This document shows, piece by piece, positions 34,901 to 46,900 of a stretch of 64,000 nt of DNA. Source of the stretch: Perkinsus olseni (Eukaryota); NCBI GenBank assembly GCA_013115125.1, contig JABANN010000113.1, positions 1 through 64,000 of the forward strand, read 5' to 3'. Made by a program: the position numbers and the translations under genes. How positions within the stretch are numbered: position 1 is the stretch's first letter; the number at the start of each line of letters is the position of its first letter. The notes beneath the pieces are model-generated. The model was given only the letters and a program-made list of their open reading frames with translations, made no database searches and was not told where the DNA came from.

Positions 34901-37900
34901 AGCAGCCCCTTGCCGGCGCTGTTCGGGACTGCTGCACCAGCAGGACGCGGAGAGGCGCTAGCTTCAGAACCCTCGTCGAGCAACCTGATGAAGAGTAATC
35001 AGAAGGTCCCAAGATCGATCCAAGCACGGTCCATTTTCTAACGAACAAGAGCTTATTGGGTAGCCGAAATCCACCGTTTTCATGGTCGTTTGATACCACT
35101 CATCTGGCAACTCACAGAAGAGCCCGTACGGCGACTGACAGGGTTCATACCCGCCTGATTGTCATCTATTTAGTTGAAAAATGCTCCCACCAGGGTTCGA
35201 ACCTCCGACCTCTCCACCCCCTCATTACTTGGACACATTATCCTCCATCTTCGCTTTATTCAACCCGCTATTTCCCGCTGAAGATGCACCTTAAATCAGC
35301 CCGATAAGGTCTTCGTTTTCATACCACTCCAAACGTAACCGATCGACGCCCCAGTGCAAGGCATCGCTATTTTAGACCACGCAAAAATACCAATACCCAG
35401 TGCTAACGTGGGATCAATACCACAAATTTCCCAACTCCTCGAATCCCATTCGGCCACCGCGTTTCGTTGTAATAATAAATAGAAGAAATGCGATTGGTGT
35501 GGTACGAACTAACGAATATCCAGAGCGCGATAAATAAATTACGATTCAATCACTGAGCGCTTCGCTCCGCTAAGAACCCATATTTTTACCACCACTGCTA
35601 GAGCGTCTCTCGGGCGACGTCTTGCCCTCTCTGGGAGGCTCCGCTGGAGGCGGCGGCGGTGACGGAGGCGTCACCACCGATTCCGCGGACTTCTCCTCTC
35701 CCTCCGGCTTCTCGGGCACGCCTTCGAAGAAGTTCTGAACGTCCCACTCGGTGAGCAGCCTGTTGTATTTCTGTCCTTCAGAAGGTCCCGGGTTCGATCC
35801 CGCCATCCATTCATTTTCCTGCCTTCTGCTAGTGCTCTCTAAATGCAATCTCTCAGGAATGCCAGGAGGCGGCGTGTCCACAACCGGTGGCGGTGGGGGA
35901 GTGGACTCGACCTGAAATCAGCACGCATGCACACAAAGATACGCTTTCCTGTGCGTCACGATAAAATACGGGAGAGAGTGTTCGGAACGCGAGCTCGATA
36001 CCACATAGCTCCGGAGCCGAAGTGAGAGGACGGAGGAGTGGGCTTCGAAAAGACAAGTCAAAAACGGAAAAAACCATATCGGTTTGGGCCCCCATCGAAA
36101 CGGAGAGACGGGGAAGATTTTCCTGACACTACTTTACACCGCGTAAAGATCTTTACTGAAAGTAAAGAAGAAAATTTTATACTCAATTCACTCGCAGTAT
36201 CTCTGAATGAACCAACTGGTCGAAAACAGAAACGTATCTTTCAACTTGAAATTCACATGCTTCAACCTTCAGATACCTCCCCCCGCACTACGTTGTCTCC
36301 CAATCTCGGAATCATCGCATGGAGGCCCCAAACAACTCTTAAAACGCCTAGTACACCGTTAAGAACCTATGCACAAACAGTGGGTGAAAATCTCACTTTT
36401 TCGGACTTTTTCACGCACTTTCCCGTCCAGCCCTGCAATAGCGTTCTGAGCCGCCTCAGGCGAGAAGAATTCAACTTGAGCGGTGTTGTTGTCAGGAGGA
36501 AGCACTTGGACGCGTCGGAGATCTCCGTAGCGCTGGAAGACCTGAAGAAGCAAGAAAATGACTGAAAACACTCCGGAAAAAAGCCTGAAAATTTCTTGTT
36601 AGTCAAAATATATATATCTTTTTACTAATAGACCACTCCATAGATATTGAAGGGATATATCTAATATTCAATAGGATATTGAATATATTCACGAAGATCT
36701 TCATAAAATATTTTAGATAGGTAAATATGGAAATGATATTAAACCCGCATCCCTCTATTCTAGAGGCGGGCAACAGTACGGAGTACGGTACGAGTACGGC
36801 TCCGTAACCGTACTACCCGTCACAGCGCTTCCCAAGTACCGTACTAGTACGCCGTACTTCAAGTACGGCGTAATTTAATACACGTATGCGTGATCTAATA
36901 TATTTAATACGTACTAGGTCTCCATACCCGTACTAGGTTGCCAGTTTGAAATGTATTCCGTACCTTCCTCGACCCCAGTATGGCTGCCCAGCTCTACTCA
37001 ATTCTACCTTCCCAATATCATCTTCGGTGAGTTGAAAGTTGTAGACGACTCCCTCCACAGTTACAGTAACGCCGCAACCTCCGTAAGCGTCCAAGAGCGC
37101 GCCGTCTCTGAAGTACTCCACCGGGGGAGCGGGCCCGGCGGAGTTGGGTTGCGGCGGGAAGAAGGGCGGCCAGGTGCCGCTAGTAGCTTGACTAGTGCCT
37201 TCGCCTGAAAAAGAAAATCTAAAAAAACGAAAAATATCTTCGAAAAGAAGAGAGCACGATGCCGAATCGACGGGAAGGTTCAGAGAATCGCTCGAACCGT
37301 GGGGATGGTAACGATCAGTGGAAGATGGAAAAACGTAGAGGAGTAAATTTTTTCGAGATTTTCCGAAAAATCATTCCATCAAAATGCGTCTGGCAAAGAA
37401 ACAAAAAAGGAAAAATAGGAAAAAAACCCTTTTTCTGTGTAATGCACCAGAAAAAGAAAGAATTGATGCACACAGCGACGAGGAAGCACATGGATATGTT
37501 CAGGAAGAAATCCCAAAACTAGAACGGAGAGTAGTAGAGTAGTTCGAAAAACTTCGCTCCGCTATGCTATCGTCTCACCTCTGCCACTTGCGCTGTCCAC
37601 GTTAATAAACTGAAGCAACTGACGTACGGCCTCAGTCTGCTGAGGCGGTCCCTAAGATAGAGAATCCCAGGTTGAAGCTTGCAAGATACGAAATAGGTTA
37701 AGGTGTGTACTACCTGAACTCCGCGTGACAAGAGCGGCATCGAATCGAAGTGCGTAACCGTCTGCGGCATCGGCGGGGTTGCACTGTCGTTGTTGCTGTA
37801 CTCGTCAGAAGGGGGGTAGAGTGGTGGAGGAGGGGGAGGAGGCGGGAGTACACCTAAGGAGACATTATACCTTACCACGCTAGTACGATAATGAGTAATA

Positions 37901-38677
37901 ATAATGAGGATAGTATGCAACTTATATTATTCACATAAATAAGGAATAATACTATCATTCCTGGTGGTACATATCTCAACCTATTTCGTATCTTACAAGC
38001 TTCGACCTTAGATTTCCTTTCTCAGAGAGCGCATTAAGGAATGACACCTGAATTCCTTTCCTTAGTAATATACTATCACGAATTATACAATTTCCACGAG
38101 AAGCAGAACGGACCTCCGAAACCCACCCATCACGCCCATGCATCAATCCGCCATTTCCCAACACTTCTTCTACGAAAGCGAGAATACTACGGAAAGAAGG
38201 CCGCCGCTGTTAAGTAGAGGCCACGAAAGAGAGCATCGCTATGAACCACAACACCTGCTCCTGATTCTACTGATCCCGTAAAAGCGACCATCACCCTTAC
38301 TGACCCGCTGCTACGACAGAGTCTCAAACGCCGTGAGAGTTAAAACAAATGAAGCGACTTAACCGGTAACAGCCGTTCGCGTGTAATAATCCAATGCTGG
38401 TATTCAAGTTCGACTCCGGAGCAGAATTTTACGCGTGAAAATCAACACCAGAATCGACTCTGAGTTACAGAAATATTTTACGAAATAGGAAGATAGCATA
38501 CGCGCATTCGGTGACAAGTAAAGAACTCCCCTTACCGTTGTTGTAGTGGCTGCTTCCAGTGGACTGCACTCCACTAGCTGGACACATGTAGTGATAGTAA
38601 GATTCTTCCACCTCCCTTCTTCCACTGTAGGGATGCTGCTGCTGCGACTGCGACTGGTAGTCGTGCTGAGCATCCAT
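32000..38677 (-). CDS. RNA-binding protein with RRM and SF1/BBP-like KH domain; 3' end approximate
   Basis: RRM: FQLTEDDIGK|VFQRYGDLRRVQV...AQVEFFSPEAAQNAIAGLDGK. KH: YTCRFDIGIENDREFQ|VARRIIGQKGANMKKIV...AKLRLRGQGSG. Gly/Arg-rich C-terminal exon. Confidence 0.8.
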
Positions 38678-40946
38678 GGTCTTATTAATAATCATAGCGT
38701 AGTCGCGATCTGATGCTGGGCCGAAAGGGTCGTTGTAAAAGGAGGGGTTTTCGGGCGCCGTCTTGACGATGATTACCAATTATATGAGATGAATTTATAG
38801 AGCTTGTGAGAGGAGCTGTGAGAGGCAGCCGCTGTTAATTATAACCAAGTGTAAGGTGGTCAGGAAGTCTTCTCTTGCTGTTGCTTTTCTGACACCTCTA
38901 GCGATACACTCGGTAGGTGGAGTTGGTAGTAGTAGTATTAGCTTCTCTTAGGGAAGAAGGAGAAGTAGTCCTAGGGACACTTGGATGAGCCCAAATGGGG
39001 GAAATCGTTCAACTGAAGGACCGGCATGAGGTTGTCAAAACATGCGCGACCGTGCTTGAGAACGGAAAATTGAGTGCAGATGCCAAAACTTGACCTAGTT
39101 CGTATCCTGCCAGCTCCGACGTTAGATATCAGTCTGTAATCGGCACTTTTTCACTCTCACGGCGATCTCTCCACAATAAAACAAGCCCGTTTAACGAGGA
39201 GCATCCGCAAAATCCTATTTCCGCCAGCTAGCGCAGTCAGGTCTCCGGTTCGATCCGAGGACCGCGCATTTCACTCGTAATTTTTGTCGGCGCAAGATCT
39301 ACTTTTTCGATGGGTAACTCAAGGAAGCCTCCCTCACAGGTCTCTACGCGTCAACGTCGCGTGAGGGTGGCCGGGATTCCCCGGTACGAAGTAGAGATCG
39401 AACCTGCCGTACCCATACGTCCCCCTTGCTGGTGACTCGGTATTGGTTGGGCCCTCCCTTACTACACAAAATTTCACCATCTTATCATCTGGGTTTCCGC
39501 AAGCGCAGTTGTTGGTAGTCCTGGGACTACTTAATCCTCTCCTCACCTTCTTTCCTCCTCATGCCTAGTAGGCTGCCCAGTGTGGCATGCCTCCCTCCTC
39601 GCCTTGCCTGGCTGCCCGACGTAGTTGTGACGAAGTTCCTCTCGAGAACCTCCGAGCTGATGATGAAAGATTGATTAACCTCTGTTATTTAAAGGCTCTA
39701 TGTGTTTCTAGGTCTAACCATATCGGGATCCGCTTGCGCGGGTCGTGTGATGGGCGGTAAGCTTTCAGCTTGTAATGCCCAGGCAACAAAGTTTGAATTG
39801 AATCGAATTGGTTGCCTGGTCGAGTGAAACCCCTGGAAGAGATTCCTTGTTCCCCGTTCCTGCGTTCACCCGCAATTGAGGAGTGCCTTCTGTTGCCTTT
39901 GCCTGCTTGTCGCGCGGTTCCTTGGATTTGCACCTTCTTCCGTGTGATCTTGGTAGTCCACCTGCTCCCCTTTGCTCTTCCCTAGCGGAAGTCGATGGCC
40001 ATCTGTAGTGCCCAGCGTAGGGTTCTAGTTGCAATAACAACATTTCGGCTGATACCCACCGCCACACGATTTGCACCCGTGACTGCCTTCGGGTTAGCAA
40101 GAGAAGCCCTCCAATCATCCCTCCGTGAAGTGTGGAGACCGCCAGGCTTCTGGGAGTTTTCACCGTCATCAATGATGAACCGTGCCAAGATGGCCTAGTG
40201 ACTATGAATCATAGCGATGAATGGTTTAGTGCTGATGACGCGTAATCCCCAAAACCAAGGAGGATGCACAAATTCCAAGGCAGCACATTCGGGATGTGGT
40301 TGCCCTGCCGGGGTTCCTGGTTTCCCTTTCCTGCCTTCGCCCAACAATTCCTGTAACCTCTTCCTGGCTCCTTGGGAGAGCGGTTTCTTGGGTTTGGCCC
40401 TTCATCCTGCTCATCACCTACGCGGCATATGATTTAGGAATATTGAGCCCGCACTCTCCCGTTCTTCTCATCCTTCACAATAGCACAATCATGAGAAACG
40501 AGTGCCTCGCTTTCTTCCCGAGAGTAGAAGTTGTTTGGTTCCTCTAGTAAGCTTGTAAATAGGAGGGGTGACCGAATTCGAATCGCTCAACTCGATTTAT
40601 CGAACCTCTTTCTTTGCTCCGGAACAATGAACGACACCGCTGCCTTCGAGACCAGCATGGCGGCCAGGTACGAGATCGGCAAGGTAGCAGGAGGGTAGCA
40701 GTCACGCGCCCCTCTGCGATTTCGATTTGCACGCGTATGGCTCATGATCGGGAAATGGTCACCGGGAGGTGGCTCAGGTCAGAATCGATTCTGTAACCGC
40801 ATTTTACGTGTGAAAATCAATTCTAGAATCGATCATGAGTTTTACCAGTGCTATATTGAACGGGGGCAAGGCGCTGGAGTTGCTACCGTGGGTTTTTTCG
40901 TCACCGTCGTTTCCACCAGGTTTTTCAGTCGTTTTTCCGTCACCGG

Positions 40947-43900
40947 ATGAATTTGATCTGGTCGCTCTTGACTGACTCACCACAAAATAATTATTTTATT
41001 CGGTAGAGGACTATCAGAAAATTCCGAGAAGTGTCTTTCGGTGCCCGTTTATAAAGTGTGCGCCCAAGGTTCTCGGCCGAGGCTGTGCGGGTACTGTGTA
41101 CCAAGTTACAAGGGTTGAGGATGGAACGGTACTGGCTATGAAATGTATCAATTGTGATGGTCTCGATGATGCTGTGGCGATGCAAGCGTTTCGGGAGGTA
41201 ACGTGGGACCGTCTTGGGAGGTTGTTTGCCTTCAATTGTTTTAGCGTTTCGCTTGAATTTCCAGGAGCTGATTTCCCTCTTGTATGCTCGTACACGTTTC
41301 GCTAGCATTGGGATGGACATCGCCTTCGAAACGGCCCGTATGAGCGCATCGATTCACATTTTCATTTTGTTATCGTTTCAGGTCTCCACGATGCGGAATT
41401 GTGTAATCAAACACGAGACACTGGATGAAACTCAGGCGGTGAGTTGAACAAGAATCACGAATTCGCATTTTTCTCACGGGCTTGCCGAGCACTCCCCTTT
41501 GGGTGGTGTGTCTTGCTTCCTTTGGAACGAAAGTTGCGCTTGTTGTTAGGTTTCTTTGAGTTTTATGCACTCTCTCTTTTAAAAAACCCAGCGCGCTCCA
41601 CCCGGGTTGGTCTCACGATACCCTTGTGTGGTGTGCCGGCTTGCGTGCTGCCCACGGCCGTAGGTCGTGTACAGCGAAGTGCGTCCACGGCCGGTTCTCC
41701 GGAGGCGTGGCGCAGTCGGCGGCTATACTGAGGCGATCTGGCGATCGCGTCACGATGCGCTGTGTCGTGGCGCCGGGCGTGCTCGGGCCGCGTGCTTAGC
41801 TGCAGCGAATTCGTGACTCGCGTCGCGTGGTATCGCTCCGACCTCCGATCACTCTCCCACGGTTTTGCCGATCGAGTCGGGCGAAGGTCCGCGCGTTTTA
41901 CCTGGGCAAATCCGAAAAACGAAGTTTTTTCGTCGACGGAGAGAATTTGGATATGAAAGTTGGGTGGTACATACATCTGCCTGGGAAAAATGCACGCTCC
42001 TTATAATAGAATAATATTGATATTGTGGAAGAATTTCTATTATCCCATTCTCGTTCCCTCCCACATGCAGTTCTTCTCGCCACGCATTCAACGACTCCTC
42101 ACGGAGCTGTTATGCGGTGCGTCTCAAGAGTGGATGCCTCTTCACCATTTCCTGACAAGTTTCACATTGAAGGTGCGAGGTTGGCATATGCCAAATATGT
42201 AAACACCAATTATGTCTCACCAGCCAGTGGCTGGTGTTGAAACCCGGGGCCACGAGTTGGCCCAGAAGCCCTCCCAGCCTGGGAGGTTCCCACAAGCCTA
42301 AGATGACAGGCTTTACCGACCTCAGCTCGTGCTCATTCCGCTGGGGACCCCAGCCTGGGGTACGAACTGAGCCCTGCTGCACTCTCCGGTCCTTCATGGC
42401 GAACTGTCTCCTACTGGCTTCGTGCTGTATGACGTCCATGCATACTGGATGAGGTGGATTGATCATCTACCGGCTCTCGGACGCCAGTGCCTCATAGCCT
42501 ACAATACGGAGTACCGGGTTTACTTGTCTCAGTTCAGTACTACCGGAGCTTTCACTATGAGCCATATGCTGAGACGATGTGGTGCCCACTGTTATGAGCG
42601 CCGCGCTAGCCTGATTGGTTCGACTCGAACCGTTCGATTATTTATTTGCAGGACCTTGTATCATTGATGACGCTGGGATCATATCATCATTCAAAACATA
42701 TAACTATGTGGTGTATAATATCATGAATAAAAATCCTACTGATCGCAACATTATCGATTCTTATATTGAAATGCAAATCAATAGTGATCTTCATGGTGAA
42801 AGTGAAAGAGGTGATCTGTACAATCGCTGCAAGTTAGAAAACTTGTGCAATTATCCTGTGGATTACACTTATTATGAAGAAATAATATCTCTCATCTCCG
42901 GTTCATTTACTCATTTCACTATCGAATTTCATACCCTGTAATATAGGTCCTGCACTATCGCGTTATCAAAAATTTTCAACAGTGATGCCCTGAAGAATCG
43001 TCTACAGAATCTAGAGCCGCACTTATTCAAGTTGGAACCATTGATTCGGCTTAGTTCCCACTCGACTGTCTGGAGTCCGAGCCGTTGTTTCCTTTGTGTT
43101 CACTGATGAGTATCCCCATCGGATATATTCGCGTCCGTCAGTCACGTTACCTCCAGTGACGCGTTCGCGTCAGACATCGCGAGTTTCCGACGGGGCAAAG
43201 CCGCTCAAGGCGGAAGCGAGTCGCTTCCTCTCGACGCGGCAGCGGTACAATTGCCATCATTCCCAATTCTCCCGCTTAGATACCCTGGATGGTGCTGGTG
43301 AACGAGTGCTGGTTAGAGGACGTGGGAGGCGTCAACAGGCAGTCGCAAGTGGGTATCTTCACGAGCTCGACCTTCGCGATGAATGTCGTGATGAAAGATG
43401 TCTCTGTTATCCCTGAAAATCTTTTTATCACCAACTCATATTGCTCGCAAGCTCTGAGTGGCAACATTCTGACATGGCATTCGAATAGTGTGGTATACTG
43501 TAATACAGTATACCACACTATTCGAATTCGATTTATAAAGAGAATTGGTTGTCGATTTCCATGAAATCGCAAAACGATTTCCGAAATTCGAATTTCATAG
43601 TGAAATTTCAATGAAATTCGTTTCATTATCGGAAAATCCGAATTTGTCGCTCCGTCGCACGGCGACGGATCATTCTTCCCTATCCCATGGTCTCTCGGTT
43701 CCTGGGGCAGGAACGCTTGTAGACATTGTCTTTTGACGACGCCTCGTGTAGTATCTCAGTCTCCTTCGTTACAAAGTTGCCATTGCCGACCAGTCACTTA
43801 GTGATATATAATGCAATATCGGGAAGGTTGCATTTATTACATACTGCCACAGTATTGTCTCGTGGAATGAATAAGCCCTGCAATCAAAGTTTCCGGGCGG

Positions 43901-46900
43901 AATAACACGTAGGTAGAGGTGCTCTACTAGAGCAGAAATCCGTAGAAAGTCGTCTTAGCAGGTCAAACCAACCGCGCACGCCCGTCTGATCGATTTACTT
44001 TATTCGCTCCCGAGACCCTAAAACCGTGTTTGGAAGCCTCGTTTTCAACGTTGACGACCGTTCTACGAATATTAGGATCGCTACCCAAGTGATATTGCTT
44101 CGTATAGCTTGTATTAGATTTTTTCGTGTCTTTTTCGTAATTTCCACTCTTTCGTCGAATTTCATCACTTTATTTTTCATTTCCGAAATTTCAGAAATTT
44201 CCGCGAGCGGAAATTTCAGGAATTTCAGCTTTCGACAACAGATCTCACATACAGTCTGTATGTGAGATCGGCATTCTCGTGATTTGCATACGAGTCGACT
44301 GGTTCAGAAGCAAAAAGACTTGATAGTGATCAATCATCTATTTCGCCCTACCGAATAGGATTTTCCCTCACAAGTTTTGAATGGAACTCGTCGGTCTTCA
44401 TATTCGCTGTGAGCCTATATAAATTCGGCATACATTGTTTAACAGTTGTGGATGAATGGATGGAAAAATTGCGTTCCATTCTTATATGCTAACTGAGATG
44501 GGGGAATTTTTCTTCGCGAACGGCTACCACTTTTTGCGGACGTGTATTGAATCACAAAATCTCGTACATCGACACATGAATCTCGGAAAGCTGCAGCCTT
44601 CGATCGCCTTTAGGTGGTCATTGTCATGGAGATGGTCGACGGTTTCACTTTGTCCCAGTATCTTCAAAAGGTTGCCAATCCACGTGGAAGTAAGTCACTC
44701 AGGAGTATCGTGTATTTCATCATGAAATTTTCATGTTGTTGCTCTCGGCACGCCCCTCTTCCATTTCGTGCTGCGCCACGAAATTGTATTCTAGTTCACC
44801 GACGGTGAATCACCGTAGCTCGTGTAGGTGGTCGGCTGAGCTAGCCTTTAATTGATTTGCGAAAAAGTTGGTATCGGTGCATTTCACGTGTGCTTTCCTT
44901 CTTTGTTAGGGATGAGGTTAGAGAATAGCGATGACGAAGAGGAGCCTCGGGTCCCGGCGAAAACCATCTACCGTTGGCTGAGCCAAATTTTGGTATCGCT
45001 TGTGGTGATGCACAAGAACAGAGTCATTCATCGTGATTTGAAGACCGACAACGTAAACGACACGCCTAGGTTCGATCCGCGGTGAGGGCATTTTTCATTC
45101 TCGAGATACTCATTACTCGGGACCTCCGAATGGCCAAAGTTTGTGACTTCTCGGTCGCTCGAGTGATTGATCGTAAGGGAGGTTTGCTGACTGGATATGT
45201 GGGTAGGATGCGGGTCGAGAGGTCCCGGGTTCGGTTCCTGGTAGCAGAACTTCTGGACTAACTCGGGTAGTATTTCTCCCAACGTCTATTCTCTCCCGCT
45301 ATTTCGTGATCATCATGATCACCTAGTAGCCAGGCTGCAGAGGCGATTGAGATTCGAGACTGGTAGATCTTCGATAGCGCAATCAGGAGGTCTCTGGTTC
45401 GAATCTCGCCGAGGACACTTGCTTCGTCATTTCTCCACGAATTAGTGAGGATGCTGAGCCAAGTCATTCTGACGTGAATTCGTTTGGGCTCTACTTCCTC
45501 TCCTCCATAATTCTCGGGCAAGCGAAATTGCATTTCTTTTGATACATCTTGGCAGGGACCCCGAACTACGCGGCGCCTGAGGTCCTCACCGGCAGGGTCT
45601 ATGATACTTCATGCGACATGTGGTCGCTTGGCTGCTGTTTACACGAGATGCTCACCCTTAAGCAGTGCTTCAAAGTAAGGGAAGCGGAAGTGGTCCCCGG
45701 TTCGATTCCCGCAAGGGTCTTTTTTAGAGCATTTGCTATACGGCGGATGTTCTGACTACATCTCGAACGTATCTTTCGAACTGTCAATCGCAGGCTTAAC
45801 TTCCAATATGCTCGTGAAATTGCGGACCTCAGAAAATTTTCGACTTTCTCTCGGAAATTCGTGAATTTCTCGAAAGATTGGGAATTTACCGCCGGAAAAT
45901 CCGGAAATTTGATGAGAAAGATTCATCAACGTTCAACGTCGCCCATCGTTTCTTCTACGGATGGTCGATATGGGCCGCCGATCGATCGCCGGGGCGTGCG
46001 CTTCCCTAATGCCGGTGTGATAGGGCCCTCCGCTGAAGATTCTGAAACAAATACAGAAGGGAATCATTCCCCCTCTACCAGATGACGTGGACTCCTCACT
46101 CGACATGATGTGCCATCGGTAAGGGAATTTCGGGGCGCGCGGTCATGGATACAACCGGTGCCGAGATGTCGGCGGAATCTTCCAGCTTTTGTACCAGCTT
46201 CAACTGTAACTGGTTAGGACCGGTTTCGATGAGATTGCGTTTAAAGCATGCGCGGTTGAAGTAGTTCTAGTACTGATCTCGGAACTAGTCTATTGAAGCA
46301 CCCGCGAGAGAGAATAACTGGACCGTCAGTCGCCAAAGTCAGTGGCGTATCTCTGGCTGGTCAGGTTGCTGAACCCTAATCCAGCTAAGAGGCCCACGGC
46401 GATCGAGCTGTGCAGGCATCCAGCAATGAGAGAACACATCGCCGATCTCATCAGGAGCGTAGGAAATCGTCACCGCGCCACGAAATTCCATCTCCTGCGT
46501 CCGAGCTCTGTATGAGTTCGTTACTGGGGAATTCCTGTTTTTCTCTCTCTTGTCCCCGGTTGTGGTGTACTAGCAGTTCTTTCGAGAAGTTGAAACTGCG
46601 TCACGCTCGTGAGTGTTTGAACAGTCGAAAGTTGTTTATAGTTTTTCGTCCGATTCGGCGAGTGATGGCCGACCTACCGCCTTCTCCGTTACTCCATTTT
46701 ATCTACACTCGTCCTTCAAGGTGCCGCACATGTGTAACGTGATAAGTGAAATACTTGGAGTACCGCTCCCTCCCGATCTCCAACCAATAGTAGATGCACG
46801 ACTAGCGAAGCTAGCGGAGCGAAGGGAGATGCTCGTAAGAGGGTCACTGGTCGCCGAGTGTAATTGCGCGCGCCCGAGAAGATCTGACGAGTCTTATGAT

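Noticed and set aside
35775-35802. Third case of an antisense tRNA providing the acceptor AG
   Set aside because: A more plausible CAG acceptor lies ~18 nt further on, so the element is probably mid-intron.
40185-40195. Second SL relict (GCCATCTTGGC on the minus strand)
   Set aside because: Only an 11-nt match with divergent flanks; could be chance.
42615-42941. AT-rich ORF in the large kinase intron as a viral or foreign gene
   Set aside because: Short, with no recognisable motif; cannot be supported without a search.
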